From positions 1 through 64,000 of the forward strand of contig DAOWGI010000007.1 in the NCBI GenBank assembly GCA_030637655.1: a stretch of DNA of 64,000 bases. Direction: 5' to 3'. The translations under genes were made by a program, and so were the position numbers. The notes under the pieces are model-generated. The model did not search any database and was not told where the DNA came from. It saw only the letters and a program-made list of their open reading frames with translations. Below are positions 44,788-54,571 of the stretch, piece after piece (the first letter of the stretch is position 1; each line of letters starts with the position of its first letter). The DNA is from a candidate division FCPU426 bacterium. Lineage in GTDB: Bacteria; Oederibacteriota; JAAXVQ01; JAUVAV01.

Positions 44788-44927
44788 CGCTTGCTCCTTT
44801 CTTCTGTCACTGTAATACTGTAGAGACGCGATTAATCGCGTCTCTACATAGAACAATCCATGTGTCTCCTTGTGCCCGTTTTTTGGGTATGTGGTGAATA
44901 TACCTTTTTGGTTCCGGCTTGTCCGGG

Positions 44928-46301
44928 TTAAGTAAAAATCATTGCCAAAGCATCTGTTAACAAGTTCATCCCCAAACATTCAATCGAACTGTTGGGTTTT
45001 ACTTTTTCCCGGTTACGCTCCGGGAGCAGGCACCGTTTGAATCCTAATTGAGCCGCTTCTTGCACCCGGCGTTCAGGTTGTGAAACAGCTCGGATTTCAC
45101 TTCCCAGTCCCACTTCGCCAAAGATTACCAGATCCGAAGGAAGCGGTCTGTCTTTCAAGCTCGAGGCCACAGCCGCCACAATAGCCAAATCTACCGCCGG
45201 TTCTGTAACCGCCAGACCGCCGGCCACAGAGAGAAAGACATCTTGCGCCCCAAGGTTGAACCCGGCTCTTTTCTCCAGCACGGCCAACATGAGACCGGAA
45301 CGATTGTAATCCAGTCCGGAAACACGCCGCTGCGGCATCCCAAAATACGAGGTCGCGGTCAAGGCCTGTATCTCAATCAACAAAGGACGACTGCCTTCCA
45401 TACTTACAGCAATCGCGGAACCCGGTGTCTGTGCGCGCCGCTCATTCAGAAACAAACGCGAAGGATCACCGATCTGATTTAATCCCCCGGAGCTCATCTC
45501 AAAAACACCCACCTCATTGGTAGGGCCAAAACGATTTTTCACAGTACGGAGAATGCGATATTCATGCTGATTATCACCCTCAAAATATAGCACTGTATCC
45601 ACCATATGTTCCAGAATACGAGGGCCGGCTAAGACACCTTCCTTGGTCACGTGCCCCACAATAAAAACCGCCGGTCCGTTGTTCTTGGCCAAGGTCATTA
45701 AGGTCCCGCCGCACTCGCGGACCTGACTTACTGATCCTGGTACAGAACCAATCTCTTCCTGGGTTAGGGTCTGTATGGAATCCACAATGATGATTTCCGG
45801 GGAGAGTTTTTGCGCTGTGGTCAAGATGCTTTCCATCCGGGTTTCACAATAAATATACATATCGCCAGGCGGTGTACCCAAACGATCAGCTCGCATTTTA
45901 ATCTGAACACTGGATTCCTCGCCACTGATGTACAGAACACGCCGGCCGCTTTTGGCCAACTCAAAAGCTGCCTGCATCAACAAGGTTGATTTTCCAATCC
46001 CCGGATCACCACCCACTAAAATGAGCGATCCCGGTACGATTCCACTGCCCAAGACACGGTCCAGTTCAACTAAACCGGATGGAATCCGTGGTGTTTGGCC
46101 GCTTTGCACCTCAGCTAAACGTTGTGCGGATTCGGCGTTTCCCAGCATTGTCCGGGCTCTGCATTTTCCTGCCCGAGGTTTATTCTCTTCCAGCATTTGA
46201 TTCCAGGCACCGCAATCCGGACAGCGTCCCAGCCATTTGGGCGAGACATGACCGCAGGTTTGGCAGACATATTGAATTTTTGTGTCCGTTTGCCGGCTCA
46301 T
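44928..46301 (-). CDS. radA: DNA repair protein RadA/Sms
   Basis: C4 zinc finger, GDPGIGKST and KNRFG. Confidence 0.97.
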   Translation of the reverse strand: MSRQTDTKIQYVCQTCGHVSPKWLGRCPDCGAWNQMLEENKPRAGKCRARTMLGNAESAQRLAEVQSGQTPRIPSGLVELDRVLGSGIVPGSLILVGGDPGIGKSTLLMQAAFELAKSGRRVLYISGEESSVQIKMRADRLGTPPGDMYIYCETRMESILTTAQKLSPEIIIVDSIQTLTQEEIGSVPGSVSQVRECGGTLMTLAKNNGPAVFIVGHVTKEGVLAGPRILEHMVDTVLYFEGDNQHEYRILRTVKNRFGPTNEVGVFEMSSGGLNQIGDPSRLFLNERRAQTPGSAIAVSMEGSRPLLIEIQALTATSYFGMPQRRVSGLDYNRSGLMLAVLEKRAGFNLGAQDVFLSVAGGLAVTEPAVDLAIVAAVASSLKDRPLPSDLVIFGEVGLGSEIRAVSQPERRVQEAAQLGFKRCLLPERNREKVKPNSSIECLGMNLLTDALAMIFT

Positions 46302-47164
46302 TGCTTCCAGAGTAATTTCCAGGGATTTTCTTTGAGTTCTTTAACTAATTTTTTCAAATCTTTGGCCATTTGTTCATCATTGATCAGTGTTCCCAAAGGT
46401 CCGTCGGTTTTCTCCAGTTTTTTAATATGTTGATCCAAACTCGCTGAAGTCGACTGTAAATTGTCCAGGATCTTAGTAATATTCTCTCGATTAGTGTCAG
46501 AAAATAATTTTTCCAATTCCGCGGTCACACTGGCAATATCTTGAGAAAAGCGGTTGATGGCTGCTGTGGAGGCAGCTACGTTGATAAAACTCTGATTTAT
46601 GTGTTGCTCATTCTTTTTCACCAAGCGATCCAGACCCTCGGACAAACTGCCGAAATTTTTCATCATGTCACCCAAAGAGGTTTGCATATCCGGATCCCCC
46701 AGGACGAGTTTGAGCGAATCAGCAACTTGGCCCAGACGTTGGAAGGCTTTGTCCATGTTGGTCGATTCAATACCTTCCACATGTTCATTTTCCTGTAAAT
46801 ACTCTCCGGTATCCTGTTGAGCCACCACGTTGAGGTATTTGTCGCCCATCAAGCCTTTGGAAAGTATTTGAAATTTGGCATTTTTGGGCACCTTGACCTT
46901 GTTGTCCAACATGACTTTCAAGTGTACCCGATCCCCTTCCACCTGGATTTCCGCGACATGACCGATTTTAACCCCGCCGCCAATAACTACATCTGCCTGC
47001 GGCTTTATGGCATCCACAAATTGGAACGATACATCGATTGGATATCCGGCTTGGCCAAAATGAATTTTCTCCACGGTCACAATAGTGATTGCCAACAACA
47101 AGAGGGCAACACCTATTGTGATTCCGACTTTTAATTCCAAAGTTGCAGTTTTACGAGCAGCCAT
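46298..47164 (-). CDS. mlaD: MlaD/MCE family protein
   Basis: ELKVG TM anchor, GGVKIGHV, GLMGDKYL and NPW end. Confidence 0.85.
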   Translation of the reverse strand: MAARKTATLELKVGITIGVALLLLAITIVTVEKIHFGQAGYPIDVSFQFVDAIKPQADVVIGGGVKIGHVAEIQVEGDRVHLKVMLDNKVKVPKNAKFQILSKGLMGDKYLNVVAQQDTGEYLQENEHVEGIESTNMDKAFQRLGQVADSLKLVLGDPDMQTSLGDMMKNFGSLSEGLDRLVKKNEQHINQSFINVAASTAAINRFSQDIASVTAELEKLFSDTNRENITKILDNLQSTSASLDQHIKKLEKTDGPLGTLINDEQMAKDLKKLVKELKENPWKLLWKQ

Positions 47165-47173
47165 GGTAACCTC

Positions 47174-47920
47174 CTAGACCAGCATAATCGGCCCTTTGGC
47201 CGAACCGGTGACAAATTGACGAATCAACGGATTTTTGGTTTTTTTGATCTGGGCAGGTGTCCCTACCCCTACGATTTTCCCTTCATGCAGCATAGCCATC
47301 CGGTCCGCGATTTTGTACGCACTGACCATATCATGCGTTACCGCAATAGAGGTTGCGGACAGTTTTTTATTAAGTTCAATAATCAAGTCATTGATCGCGT
47401 CAGCCATGATCGGATCAATTCCGGTCGTTGGTTCATCATAGAGAATGACTTCCGGATCCATGGCAATGGCCCGCGCCAAAGCCACACGTTTTTTCATGCC
47501 GCCGGACAATTCAGAGGGATATTGCTGCTCAATATTTTTCAATCCCACCATGGCCAGCCGGTCAGTCACAATGCGATTGATCTCCGATTCGGATAATTTT
47601 TTCATGCGCCTAAGACCAAAGCTGACATTCTCTGCCACGTTCAGCGAATCAAACAGCGCTGACCCCTGAAACAACATACCAAAACGCTGGCGAAAGCGGT
47701 CTTGTTCGCTCTCCTTGGCTTGGGTTATATTCTTTTTACCAAACCAGATTTCACCGCGATCCGGCTCAATCAGATTGATAATAGTTTTCAACAGAACGCT
47801 CTTACCCTCTCCTGAGCGCCCGATAATGACCATGGTCTCGCCTTGGCGAATTTCCAGGTCCACTCCGCACAGCACGCGGTTGGAGCCGAAACTTTTATGT
47901 AAATTATTGATACGGATCAA
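47174..47920 (-). CDS. mlaF: MlaF ABC ATPase
   Basis: GRSGEGKS, FQGSALFDS, LSGGMKKRV and YDEPTTG. Confidence 0.9.
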   Translation of the reverse strand: MIRINNLHKSFGSNRVLCGVDLEIRQGETMVIIGRSGEGKSVLLKTIINLIEPDRGEIWFGKKNITQAKESEQDRFRQRFGMLFQGSALFDSLNVAENVSFGLRRMKKLSESEINRIVTDRLAMVGLKNIEQQYPSELSGGMKKRVALARAIAMDPEVILYDEPTTGIDPIMADAINDLIIELNKKLSATSIAVTHDMVSAYKIADRMAMLHEGKIVGVGTPAQIKKTKNPLIRQFVTGSAKGPIMLV

Positions 47921-47939
47921 CGAAAACCTCCGCGGTCCT

Positions 47940-48007
47940 GTAGGGGCGGATTTCCCCGACAGGAAAAGATATATAGGGACTCCCTCCGGTCGAGAACCCG
48001 CCCCTAC
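47940..48007. repeat. Composite REP homologous to 16897-16967
   Basis: The reverse complement reads GTAGGGGCGGGTTCTCGACCGGAGGGAGTCCCT...GTCGGGGAAATCCGCCCCTAC. Confidence 0.8.
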
Positions 48008-48021
48008 AATTTTAATTCACA

Positions 48022-48858
48022 TTAAAACAACGCATACATTTGCGTTAAAAAATAATCCATAATTAATATGGTAATTGAGGCATTCACCACCGCACCGGTA
48101 GTCGAGCGGCCAACACCCACTGCCCCGCCGCGGGTGGTAAATCCACGGTGCAAAGCAAATACACACAGGATAATGGCAAAGAAAAAACTTTTTGAGATTC
48201 CGGAGCATACATCCGCAAATTCAACAGTCGATTGGGCGCCATCCCAATAAATTGTTGAGCTGATCCCTAAATGAAACGAGGCGACTAACCAGCCGCCCAA
48301 AGAGCCCAGCACATCGGCCATAATGGTCAGCAATGGGAGCATAATCACAATACTTAAAAACCGCGGCACGCCGATATATTCAACCGGATTGGCAGCCAAT
48401 GTCCGCAGGGCGTCAATTTGCTCGGTGATTTTCATGGAACCGATTTCCGCGGCCATGGCTGATCCCACCCGGCCGGTCACCAATAATGCGGTAAGAACCG
48501 GCCCTAATTCACGCACGAGTGAAAGACATACTATATTTCCGATAAAAATCGATGAACCTTTTATTTTGGCTTCTATAGTAACACCTGTTTGTAATGCTAA
48601 AACCATACCCGTAAATAAAGCCGTAGTTAATACCACCGGAATGGAATTCACTCCCACCCGGACCATTTGTTCAATAATCGGATAATAGTAAAAGCGGCGA
48701 AATTTTCCCGGATGGGTAAGAATATGAAAGGTAGCGGCCGTTAAACGGCCCAGCAACAGAAATATCTGGCCGATTTCCATAAAAAACCGGATAATTGGAT
48801 CAGCAGTTTTATCAAAAAAGCGCAGCAGGCTCAAATTAAATTTTTTCCAATGCCTCAT
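48022..48858 (-). CDS. mlaE: MlaE ABC permease
   Basis: RELGPVLTAL..GRVGSAMAAEIGSMKITEQIDAL and GVGRSTT. ATGA overlap with alr. Confidence 0.92.
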   Translation of the reverse strand: MRHWKKFNLSLLRFFDKTADPIIRFFMEIGQIFLLLGRLTAATFHILTHPGKFRRFYYYPIIEQMVRVGVNSIPVVLTTALFTGMVLALQTGVTIEAKIKGSSIFIGNIVCLSLVRELGPVLTALLVTGRVGSAMAAEIGSMKITEQIDALRTLAANPVEYIGVPRFLSIVIMLPLLTIMADVLGSLGGWLVASFHLGISSTIYWDGAQSTVEFADVCSGISKSFFFAIILCVFALHRGFTTRGGAVGVGRSTTGAVVNASITILIMDYFLTQMYALF

Positions 48859-49994
48859 TTTGTTTCTCCCTGAATAATTCGTGGCACGCGGTTGCCGATA
48901 ACGCAAGTGATCTCATAAGAAATTGTATCCAGCAGATCAGCCTGATCGTCAGCTGAAATCCGCACTTGGCCCTGCCGCCCGATCAGAACTACTTCATCTC
49001 CCTCAGCCGCCTGATTAAGCCTGGTCACATCCACCAAACACATATCCATACAGACACGTCCGACTACCGGACATCGCTTCCCACGGATCAGCACGTGACC
49101 CTGATTGGAAAGCAGACGTGAAAAACCATCAGCATACCCGACAGGTAAAGTGGCAATGCGGGATTTACGGCGAGTTATAAAGGTATGGCCATATGACAAT
49201 CCGGTTCCAGCCGGAACGGTCTTTAATTGGATAATGCGGGTTTTCCACTGCAAAACCGGTTTCAAGTCCACACGTGAAGCAAAACGCCGGGCTGGATACA
49301 AACCATACAGCATTAGTCCCGGACGGACCATATCTGCGTGCGAGTCAGGCGTATTCATAACTGCTGCTGAATTGGCCGCATGCACTCTAAAGGCAGCCTT
49401 GGTGTTTTTCCGAACCTCAGCAGCAGCCTGCTGCAAGCGTTGCATTTGTCGGCCAAGTAATTTTCGATCCCGGCCGTCAGCCTGCGCAAAATGTGTGAAC
49501 ATGCCCCCTAAAGTCAAATGAGAATATTTCTTTAAACCGGCAACAAATGACTTGGCCGCAGCAGGCTGGATCCCAATACGTCCCATACCAGTATCTAACT
49601 TGAGGTGCACGACTACTTTTTTTCCGAGCTGTTGTGCCGCTTTATTTAACATACGCAGCTGCTTTTGGGAAACCACAGTCGGTTGCACGTTAAGTTTCAC
49701 CGCACGCTTAACTTCATGGGCTTGAACGAGACCAAAAATAACCATGGTCTGCTTGATGCCTGACAGCCTCAACTCTTCCGCTTCTTCCACTGTCGCCACA
49801 CCCAAAGCATCGGCTCCGGCAGCCAGTAAAGCGTGTGAACAGGCTACTGCCCCATGCCCATAGGCATTGGCTTTTACTACTGCCAGAATTTCCACATTTT
49901 TACCAACCATGCGGCGTACTTGGCATAGGTTCCACTTGAGCGCGCGTAAATCAATAGTTACCCAAGTGGGTCGGCCGAGAGGAAGTGATTTCAT
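48855..49994 (-). CDS. alr: Alanine racemase
   Basis: AVVKANAYGHG, HLKLDTGMGRIG, GYADG and GRVCMD. Confidence 0.97.
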   Translation of the reverse strand: MKSLPLGRPTWVTIDLRALKWNLCQVRRMVGKNVEILAVVKANAYGHGAVACSHALLAAGADALGVATVEEAEELRLSGIKQTMVIFGLVQAHEVKRAVKLNVQPTVVSQKQLRMLNKAAQQLGKKVVVHLKLDTGMGRIGIQPAAAKSFVAGLKKYSHLTLGGMFTHFAQADGRDRKLLGRQMQRLQQAAAEVRKNTKAAFRVHAANSAAVMNTPDSHADMVRPGLMLYGLYPARRFASRVDLKPVLQWKTRIIQLKTVPAGTGLSYGHTFITRRKSRIATLPVGYADGFSRLLSNQGHVLIRGKRCPVVGRVCMDMCLVDVTRLNQAAEGDEVVLIGRQGQVRISADDQADLLDTISYEITCVIGNRVPRIIQGETK

Positions 49995-51364
49995 GACACT
50001 CCTCCGCCCGGCATCCGAAGCGACATGCTGTCAAATCGCGTGTATTGCATGTTAAAGATGAGCTTAATGGTCCCGGTTGGGCCATTCCTTTGCTTGGCAA
50101 TGATGACTTCCGCTGTTTTGTCATCTTTTTTTTCCCGGTCATAATAGGCTTCACGATAAATAAACGAAACCACGTCCGCATCCTGTTCAATGGCGCCGGA
50201 TTCGCGCAAATCCGAAAGCTGAGGACGCCGACCCTCGCCGCCGCGTGATTCAGGAGCACGCGACAACTGGGATAGCGCCAAAACTGGAACCCTAAGTTCT
50301 TTAGCCAACGCTTTCAATGACCTTGATATAGAAGCAATTTCCTGTTGGCGATTGTCTGTGCGGCCAACTCCCGGCATCATCTGAATATAATCAATAACAA
50401 TTAAGCCTATATTCTGTTCCGTTTTTAGGCGTCTGGCTTTGGAACGCATTTCCAGCACATTGGCGCTGGGAGAATCATCTATAAAAATCGGCGCGTCAAA
50501 CAATCGTCCGGCAGACATGGAGAGATGTCCCAAATCACCCTCACCCAGCCGTCCGGTACGCACGGCCTGCAGATTGACTCGCGCGTCCGAGCATAACAGA
50601 CGTGTGACCAAAGCTTCGGAACTCATTTCCAAAGAAAAAATAAGAACCGCTGTTTTTTCCTCAATCGCGGCATGTCCGGCCATATTCAAGGCCAAGGCTG
50701 TTTTTCCCATGGAAGGACGGGCTGCCAAAATAATCAATTCCCCGGGCTGCAAACCCGAAGTCATCTGATCCATCTCCGGATAGCCGGAAGACACTCCGGT
50801 AATATGGCTCTCGTGTTTGGAAAGATTCTCCACCATTTCCATGGCATCATGAATCACATCGCGAATTTGCAATACAGAGCCGCGTTGGCGATTTTGCGAT
50901 AATTCAAAAATGGTCTTTTCCGCTTCATCCAGCAGATCATCGGCTTGTTGTTCCCCGGCATAACAGCGCGAAACAATTTGGGTGGAGGCGCGTATGAGAT
51001 TACGCAAAATCGCCTTTTCTTTGACAATTTTCGCATAGTGCTCAACATGCGCTGTGGTGGGAACCGCATCCGTGAGACCGGTCAAGTAGGCTGCTCCACC
51101 CATTTTTTCCAGCTCATTATTTCGCGAGAGCAAATCGGTTAGAGTTATATAGTCCACGGGTTCATTGCGATTGTAGAGGTCCAAGATGGCCCGAAAGACA
51201 ATCCGGTGAGCCTCTTGGTAAAAGGATTTTTCATTTAAGCTTTCCAGCACGCGGGCAATGGCTTCCTGCTCCAGCAGCATGGCTCCCAGGGTAGATCGTT
51301 CTGCTTCTAAATTTTGCGGCGGAAGTTTTTCAGGTGCGGAGACTTGCGAATTGGTAAGTCCCAT
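49991..51364 (-). CDS. dnaB: Replicative DNA helicase
   Basis: AARPSMGKT, DYIQ, LSQLSR, LRESGAIEQDAD and KQRNGP. Confidence 0.97.
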   Translation of the reverse strand: MGLTNSQVSAPEKLPPQNLEAERSTLGAMLLEQEAIARVLESLNEKSFYQEAHRIVFRAILDLYNRNEPVDYITLTDLLSRNNELEKMGGAAYLTGLTDAVPTTAHVEHYAKIVKEKAILRNLIRASTQIVSRCYAGEQQADDLLDEAEKTIFELSQNRQRGSVLQIRDVIHDAMEMVENLSKHESHITGVSSGYPEMDQMTSGLQPGELIILAARPSMGKTALALNMAGHAAIEEKTAVLIFSLEMSSEALVTRLLCSDARVNLQAVRTGRLGEGDLGHLSMSAGRLFDAPIFIDDSPSANVLEMRSKARRLKTEQNIGLIVIDYIQMMPGVGRTDNRQQEIASISRSLKALAKELRVPVLALSQLSRAPESRGGEGRRPQLSDLRESGAIEQDADVVSFIYREAYYDREKKDDKTAEVIIAKQRNGPTGTIKLIFNMQYTRFDSMSLRMPGGGVS

Positions 51365-51483
51365 ATCAAACCTCTCAAATAAAAGAAAAATGAATGAATA
51401 GAATAAATTAGTATCTTAGTTCTCAAATTCGCGCTTTTTATGGCAGAAAATTATTCGCCGTAAAGAACGCAAAATTTTTTTTT

Positions 51484-51575
51484 ACAGGATAACAGGATTG
51501 ATAAGATTTATTTAAAATCCCGTATATCCTGTTAATCTTGTCAAATATTTTTAGTTCCGGCTGGTCCGGGTTAGG
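51484..51575. repeat. ACAGGAT-type inverted pair plus a GTTCCGGCT.GTCCGGGTTA element end
   Basis: ACAGGATAACAGGATTGATAAGATT pairs with AATCCCGTATATCCTGTTAATCTTGT; 51554-75 matches 44910-31. Confidence 0.55.
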
Positions 51576-51590
51576 TATAGTATTAAAATA

Positions 51591-52175
51591 TTAATCCGCT
51601 GCCGGTTCTTCTGTGGAAGCCGGTTGCTCTGCAACAGACGTTTCTGCCTCAGCATTCGGCTCAGCCGTTTCCACTTTTTTTTCTTCAGCTACTTTGTCTT
51701 CCGCTTCTTTTTTCTCTGTGGCTTTTTTTTCTTCTTCACCTTGTACAATCACTGTCAAATTTGCTGTTACTTCCGGATGAATTTTAATCTCTACCAGATG
51801 CGAACCAACGGTTTTAATAGGTTCTTCCAAACTGATCTTGCGTTTGTCCACCTCGATGCCGCGTTTTTTCAATTCTTTTTCAATTTCCGCGGTAGTCACT
51901 GAACCAAACAGTTTGCCGCCTTCACCCACGGACGTCACCATGGTCAATGGTTGTGACGCGATGGCTTCAGCCTGATACTCAGCATCTTTCTGAATGCGAC
52001 GCGTTTGCCCCTTTTTGCTGTTCAATTCCTGTTGCAAACGCTTTAAGTTGGCTGGTGTCGCAACCAACGCTAATTTCTTCGGCAGTAAATAATTACGTCC
52101 AAAACCATCGGCCACTTTCAGGGCATCTCCGGCCCGGCCTAAATTTTTAACATCTTCACATAGTATGATATTCAT
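51591..52175 (-). CDS. rplI: 50S ribosomal protein L9 with acidic tail
   Basis: GFGRNYLLPKKLA and KLFGSVT. Confidence 0.96.
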   Translation of the reverse strand: MNIILCEDVKNLGRAGDALKVADGFGRNYLLPKKLALVATPANLKRLQQELNSKKGQTRRIQKDAEYQAEAIASQPLTMVTSVGEGGKLFGSVTTAEIEKELKKRGIEVDKRKISLEEPIKTVGSHLVEIKIHPEVTANLTVIVQGEEEKKATEKKEAEDKVAEEKKVETAEPNAEAETSVAEQPASTEEPAAD

Positions 52176-52227
52176 AACCTTTTGCTTCCTCCCAAATGAT
52201 TATCCCTTGGCAAAAAGAATAACCCTG

Positions 52228-52986
52228 TTATTCCTGTTTTTGTTTTGGGGCGCGCAATTTCCGCCAATCCCACCAAGTATCAAAAATCCCAGCCAGTGCG
52301 ATGCAAAGCACCAGCACTGGAAAAAACAACAAGAAAAAAATGAGTAAAAACTTGAATGCCCGTGCGATGTTCCGCTTTTCCATAAAAAACTGCACTATTG
52401 CCAAACCAGCCATAAAGTATAAACACCCGATCACAATGGTGCTGTTCAATCCCATCCAAGCGGCCCAGGTAATACCCCGCGATCCCAGCAAAACAAGAAA
52501 CATAGCCGCCATGAGCAGCCAAATTAGTTTTTCACAAATCCGCCATTGCGAGAACGCGGGCAAGGGCGCCATTATTCCCAGCAGGTGTTTCGCCACCTTC
52601 CGCTGAACCAGATAGCTGCTCAGAGAAAGTGCTATGGTCAGCACCAAAATCCACCCGGTGGCGCCCTGCAAAAACAAAACCCGTATCAAACGGGCGGAAC
52701 GTTCGATTTCCGTCGTTTCCAAGCCCAATTCCACATACATGGCAACTGTGGCTTGCAGGCTCATTTCAAACTCTTGTTGCCATAAACCGACAACATCCTG
52801 GTGAAACACAAGCCTGGCAATAATCACTGTAAAAATATATACGCCAATCAAGACCAGTGTACTAAACGTCACACAATATAGCAGTGAACGCCCACTTTTC
52901 AATCCCCACCAGATTGCACGATTGGCCACCACTACCAGGAGACCGAAGACAATCGCCAGTATACCTAAAGCGAACAGTGCATTCAT
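52228..52986 (-). CDS. DUF2232/YybS membrane protein
   Basis: Multi-TM; FSQWR and GIFDTWWDWRK; lies between rpsR and rplI. Confidence 0.8.
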   Translation of the reverse strand: MNALFALGILAIVFGLLVVVANRAIWWGLKSGRSLLYCVTFSTLVLIGVYIFTVIIARLVFHQDVVGLWQQEFEMSLQATVAMYVELGLETTEIERSARLIRVLFLQGATGWILVLTIALSLSSYLVQRKVAKHLLGIMAPLPAFSQWRICEKLIWLLMAAMFLVLLGSRGITWAAWMGLNSTIVIGCLYFMAGLAIVQFFMEKRNIARAFKFLLIFFLLFFPVLVLCIALAGIFDTWWDWRKLRAPKQKQE

Positions 52987-53002
52987 ACCGTGGTTTTAAA
53001 AA

Positions 53003-53272
53003 TTATTCAGCAATATAAGGAAGGAGCGCTAAAGCGCGCGCGCGCTTGATCGCTGTAGTCAATGCACGTTGGTGTTTGGCACAAGTTCCGGAAATACGCC
53101 GGGGAACAATCTTCCCGCGTTCAGTAATGAAAAACCGAACCGTATCCACGGCCTTGTAATCAATCGCAACCACTTTATCTGCGCAAAAACGGCAGCTTTT
53201 ACGATGCGGACGACGCCTTCTTCCGCCACGCTGCTCCTTTGGTCTTCCTCTCAAAGGTGTTGGTTTAGACAA
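53003..53272 (-). CDS. rpsR: 30S ribosomal protein S18
   Basis: [32 protein letters not shown] start after AGGAGG. Confidence 0.97.
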   Translation of the reverse strand: MSKPTPLRGRPKEQRGGRRRRPHRKSCRFCADKVVAIDYKAVDTVRFFITERGKIVPRRISGTCAKHQRALTTAIKRARALALLPYIAE

Positions 53273-53301
53273 TGGTCTTCCTCCTCAAGTCTCTTACTAA
53301 T

Positions 53302-53745
53302 TTAAAATGGAATATCCTCGTCACCTTCTGTGTGCCCAACCGGCATTGAAGGCGCGGTAGATTTTTCACCAGCAGCTCTGTTCTCAGACTCATGGTCCAT
53401 GGCATCACTGGATTTTTTTCTTTCCAAAAATTGCACCCGGTCAGCTACCACTTCCAACACCGAGCGTTTTTGGCCGTCATCGGTCTCCCACTGACGGCTC
53501 TGCAAACGGCCTTCCACAAATATCGGTCTGCCCTTGGATAAATATTCAGCGCAATTTTCCGCTTGTTTTCCCCATACCACAATATTGACGTAAGTTACTT
53601 CTTCTTTGACTTCACCACTTTGATTTTTATACGTACGATTAACAGCCAGACGCAGATTCGCAACAGCAGAACCGTTGGGAATGTATCGCAATTCCGGATC
53701 ACGAGTCAAATTCCCCATTAATAATGTACGATTGTAGTTGGCCAT
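53302..53745 (-). CDS. ssb: Single-stranded DNA-binding protein
   Basis: GNLTRDPELRY, VEGRL and DEDIPF tail. Confidence 0.97.
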   Translation of the reverse strand: MANYNRTLLMGNLTRDPELRYIPNGSAVANLRLAVNRTYKNQSGEVKEEVTYVNIVVWGKQAENCAEYLSKGRPIFVEGRLQSRQWETDDGQKRSVLEVVADRVQFLERKKSSDAMDHESENRAAGEKSTAPSMPVGHTEGDEDIPF

Positions 53746-53748
53746 GAC

Positions 53749-54201
53749 CTACTCCTGGGCTCCGTTCTCCACAGCCGAAGCTTTAGCTTTGACTTCGGCA
53801 TCCGCAGAATCAGTAGTGGTTACTTCCGGTGCAGCTGTATCGACTTCGACTTCCGTGATTGCGGCTTCAACGGCTTGCTCAGCCTTTACTTTACTAGTTG
53901 GCACAACAGGTTTGGTCGTGATTTTAGTGGACAAATACTTTAGCACTTCATCACTATTTTTCAATATACGCTCCAGTTCATAAATCGTCTCACCTGTACC
54001 GCGATATTGCAAAAGAACATAATAAGCGGAATTCACTTTATTCACAGCATACGCGGTCTTGCGCACTCCCATTTTATTAACATTGGTTACTTCACCCTGT
54101 TTTTTCTCCACTACTTCTTGCAGACGATCAATAAAGGCAGCAACCTCATCTTGGCCCAGATTGGGTGGAAGTAAAAACATTGTTTCATAAGGCGTTTTCA
54201 T
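53749..54201 (-). CDS. rpsF: 30S ribosomal protein S6
   Basis: YETMFLL..G.RK.AY; first gene of the rpsF-ssb-rpsR operon. Confidence 0.92.
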   Translation of the reverse strand: MKTPYETMFLLPPNLGQDEVAAFIDRLQEVVEKKQGEVTNVNKMGVRKTAYAVNKVNSAYYVLLQYRGTGETIYELERILKNSDEVLKYLSTKITTKPVVPTSKVKAEQAVEAAITEVEVDTAAPEVTTTDSADAEVKAKASAVENGAQE

Positions 54202-54255
54202 TTTTTCTCACTACCTCCGTCTTTCCAAACAAAAATTTGCGTCTTTAGACCGGAA

Positions 54256-54284
54256 ATAATAGCACACACCCCTTTTCGACGCAA
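54256..54284 (-). promoter_or_regulatory. Sigma70 promoter of the rpsF operon
   Basis: TTGCGT, 17 bp, TATTAT, with an extended -10 TG. Confidence 0.6.
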
Positions 54285-54300
54285 TAGTTTTATTGTCAAT

Positions 54301-54534
54301 TTGTTGCAGCAAAGTGATAATGTCCTATTCCGGCAAAATAGGACATTTCTACCACATACAGGTAATGCCCCGTGGCAAGCCACGGGGATACCGCATACCC
54401 TCTCCCTTAGGGAGAGGGATAAAGGGTGAGGGTCACCTTAACATGCCCTGCGGCTTGCCGCAGAGTAATTGACTTTGCCTTGACACCCTTGCGGTTGCCC
54501 TGGTCGTAGGGGCGCCCGTAAAGGGCGCCCCTAC
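54301..54534. repeat. Cluster of at least five different palindromic micro-repeats
   Basis: TGTCCTATT/AATAGGACA, CCCCGTGGCAAGCCACGGGG, CCCTCTCCC..GGGAGAGGG, CTGCGGCTTGCCGCAG and a GTAG-REP at 54506-34. Confidence 0.75.
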
Positions 54535-54571
54535 GATTGTGTATCCCAAGATGAAATGCTACAATCAACAA

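Noticed and set aside
44788-44979. N-terminal extension of the PIN/TRAM ORF
   Set aside because: The region consists of stacked repeats and overlaps radA; a GTG with AAGGAG at 44787 is the better start.
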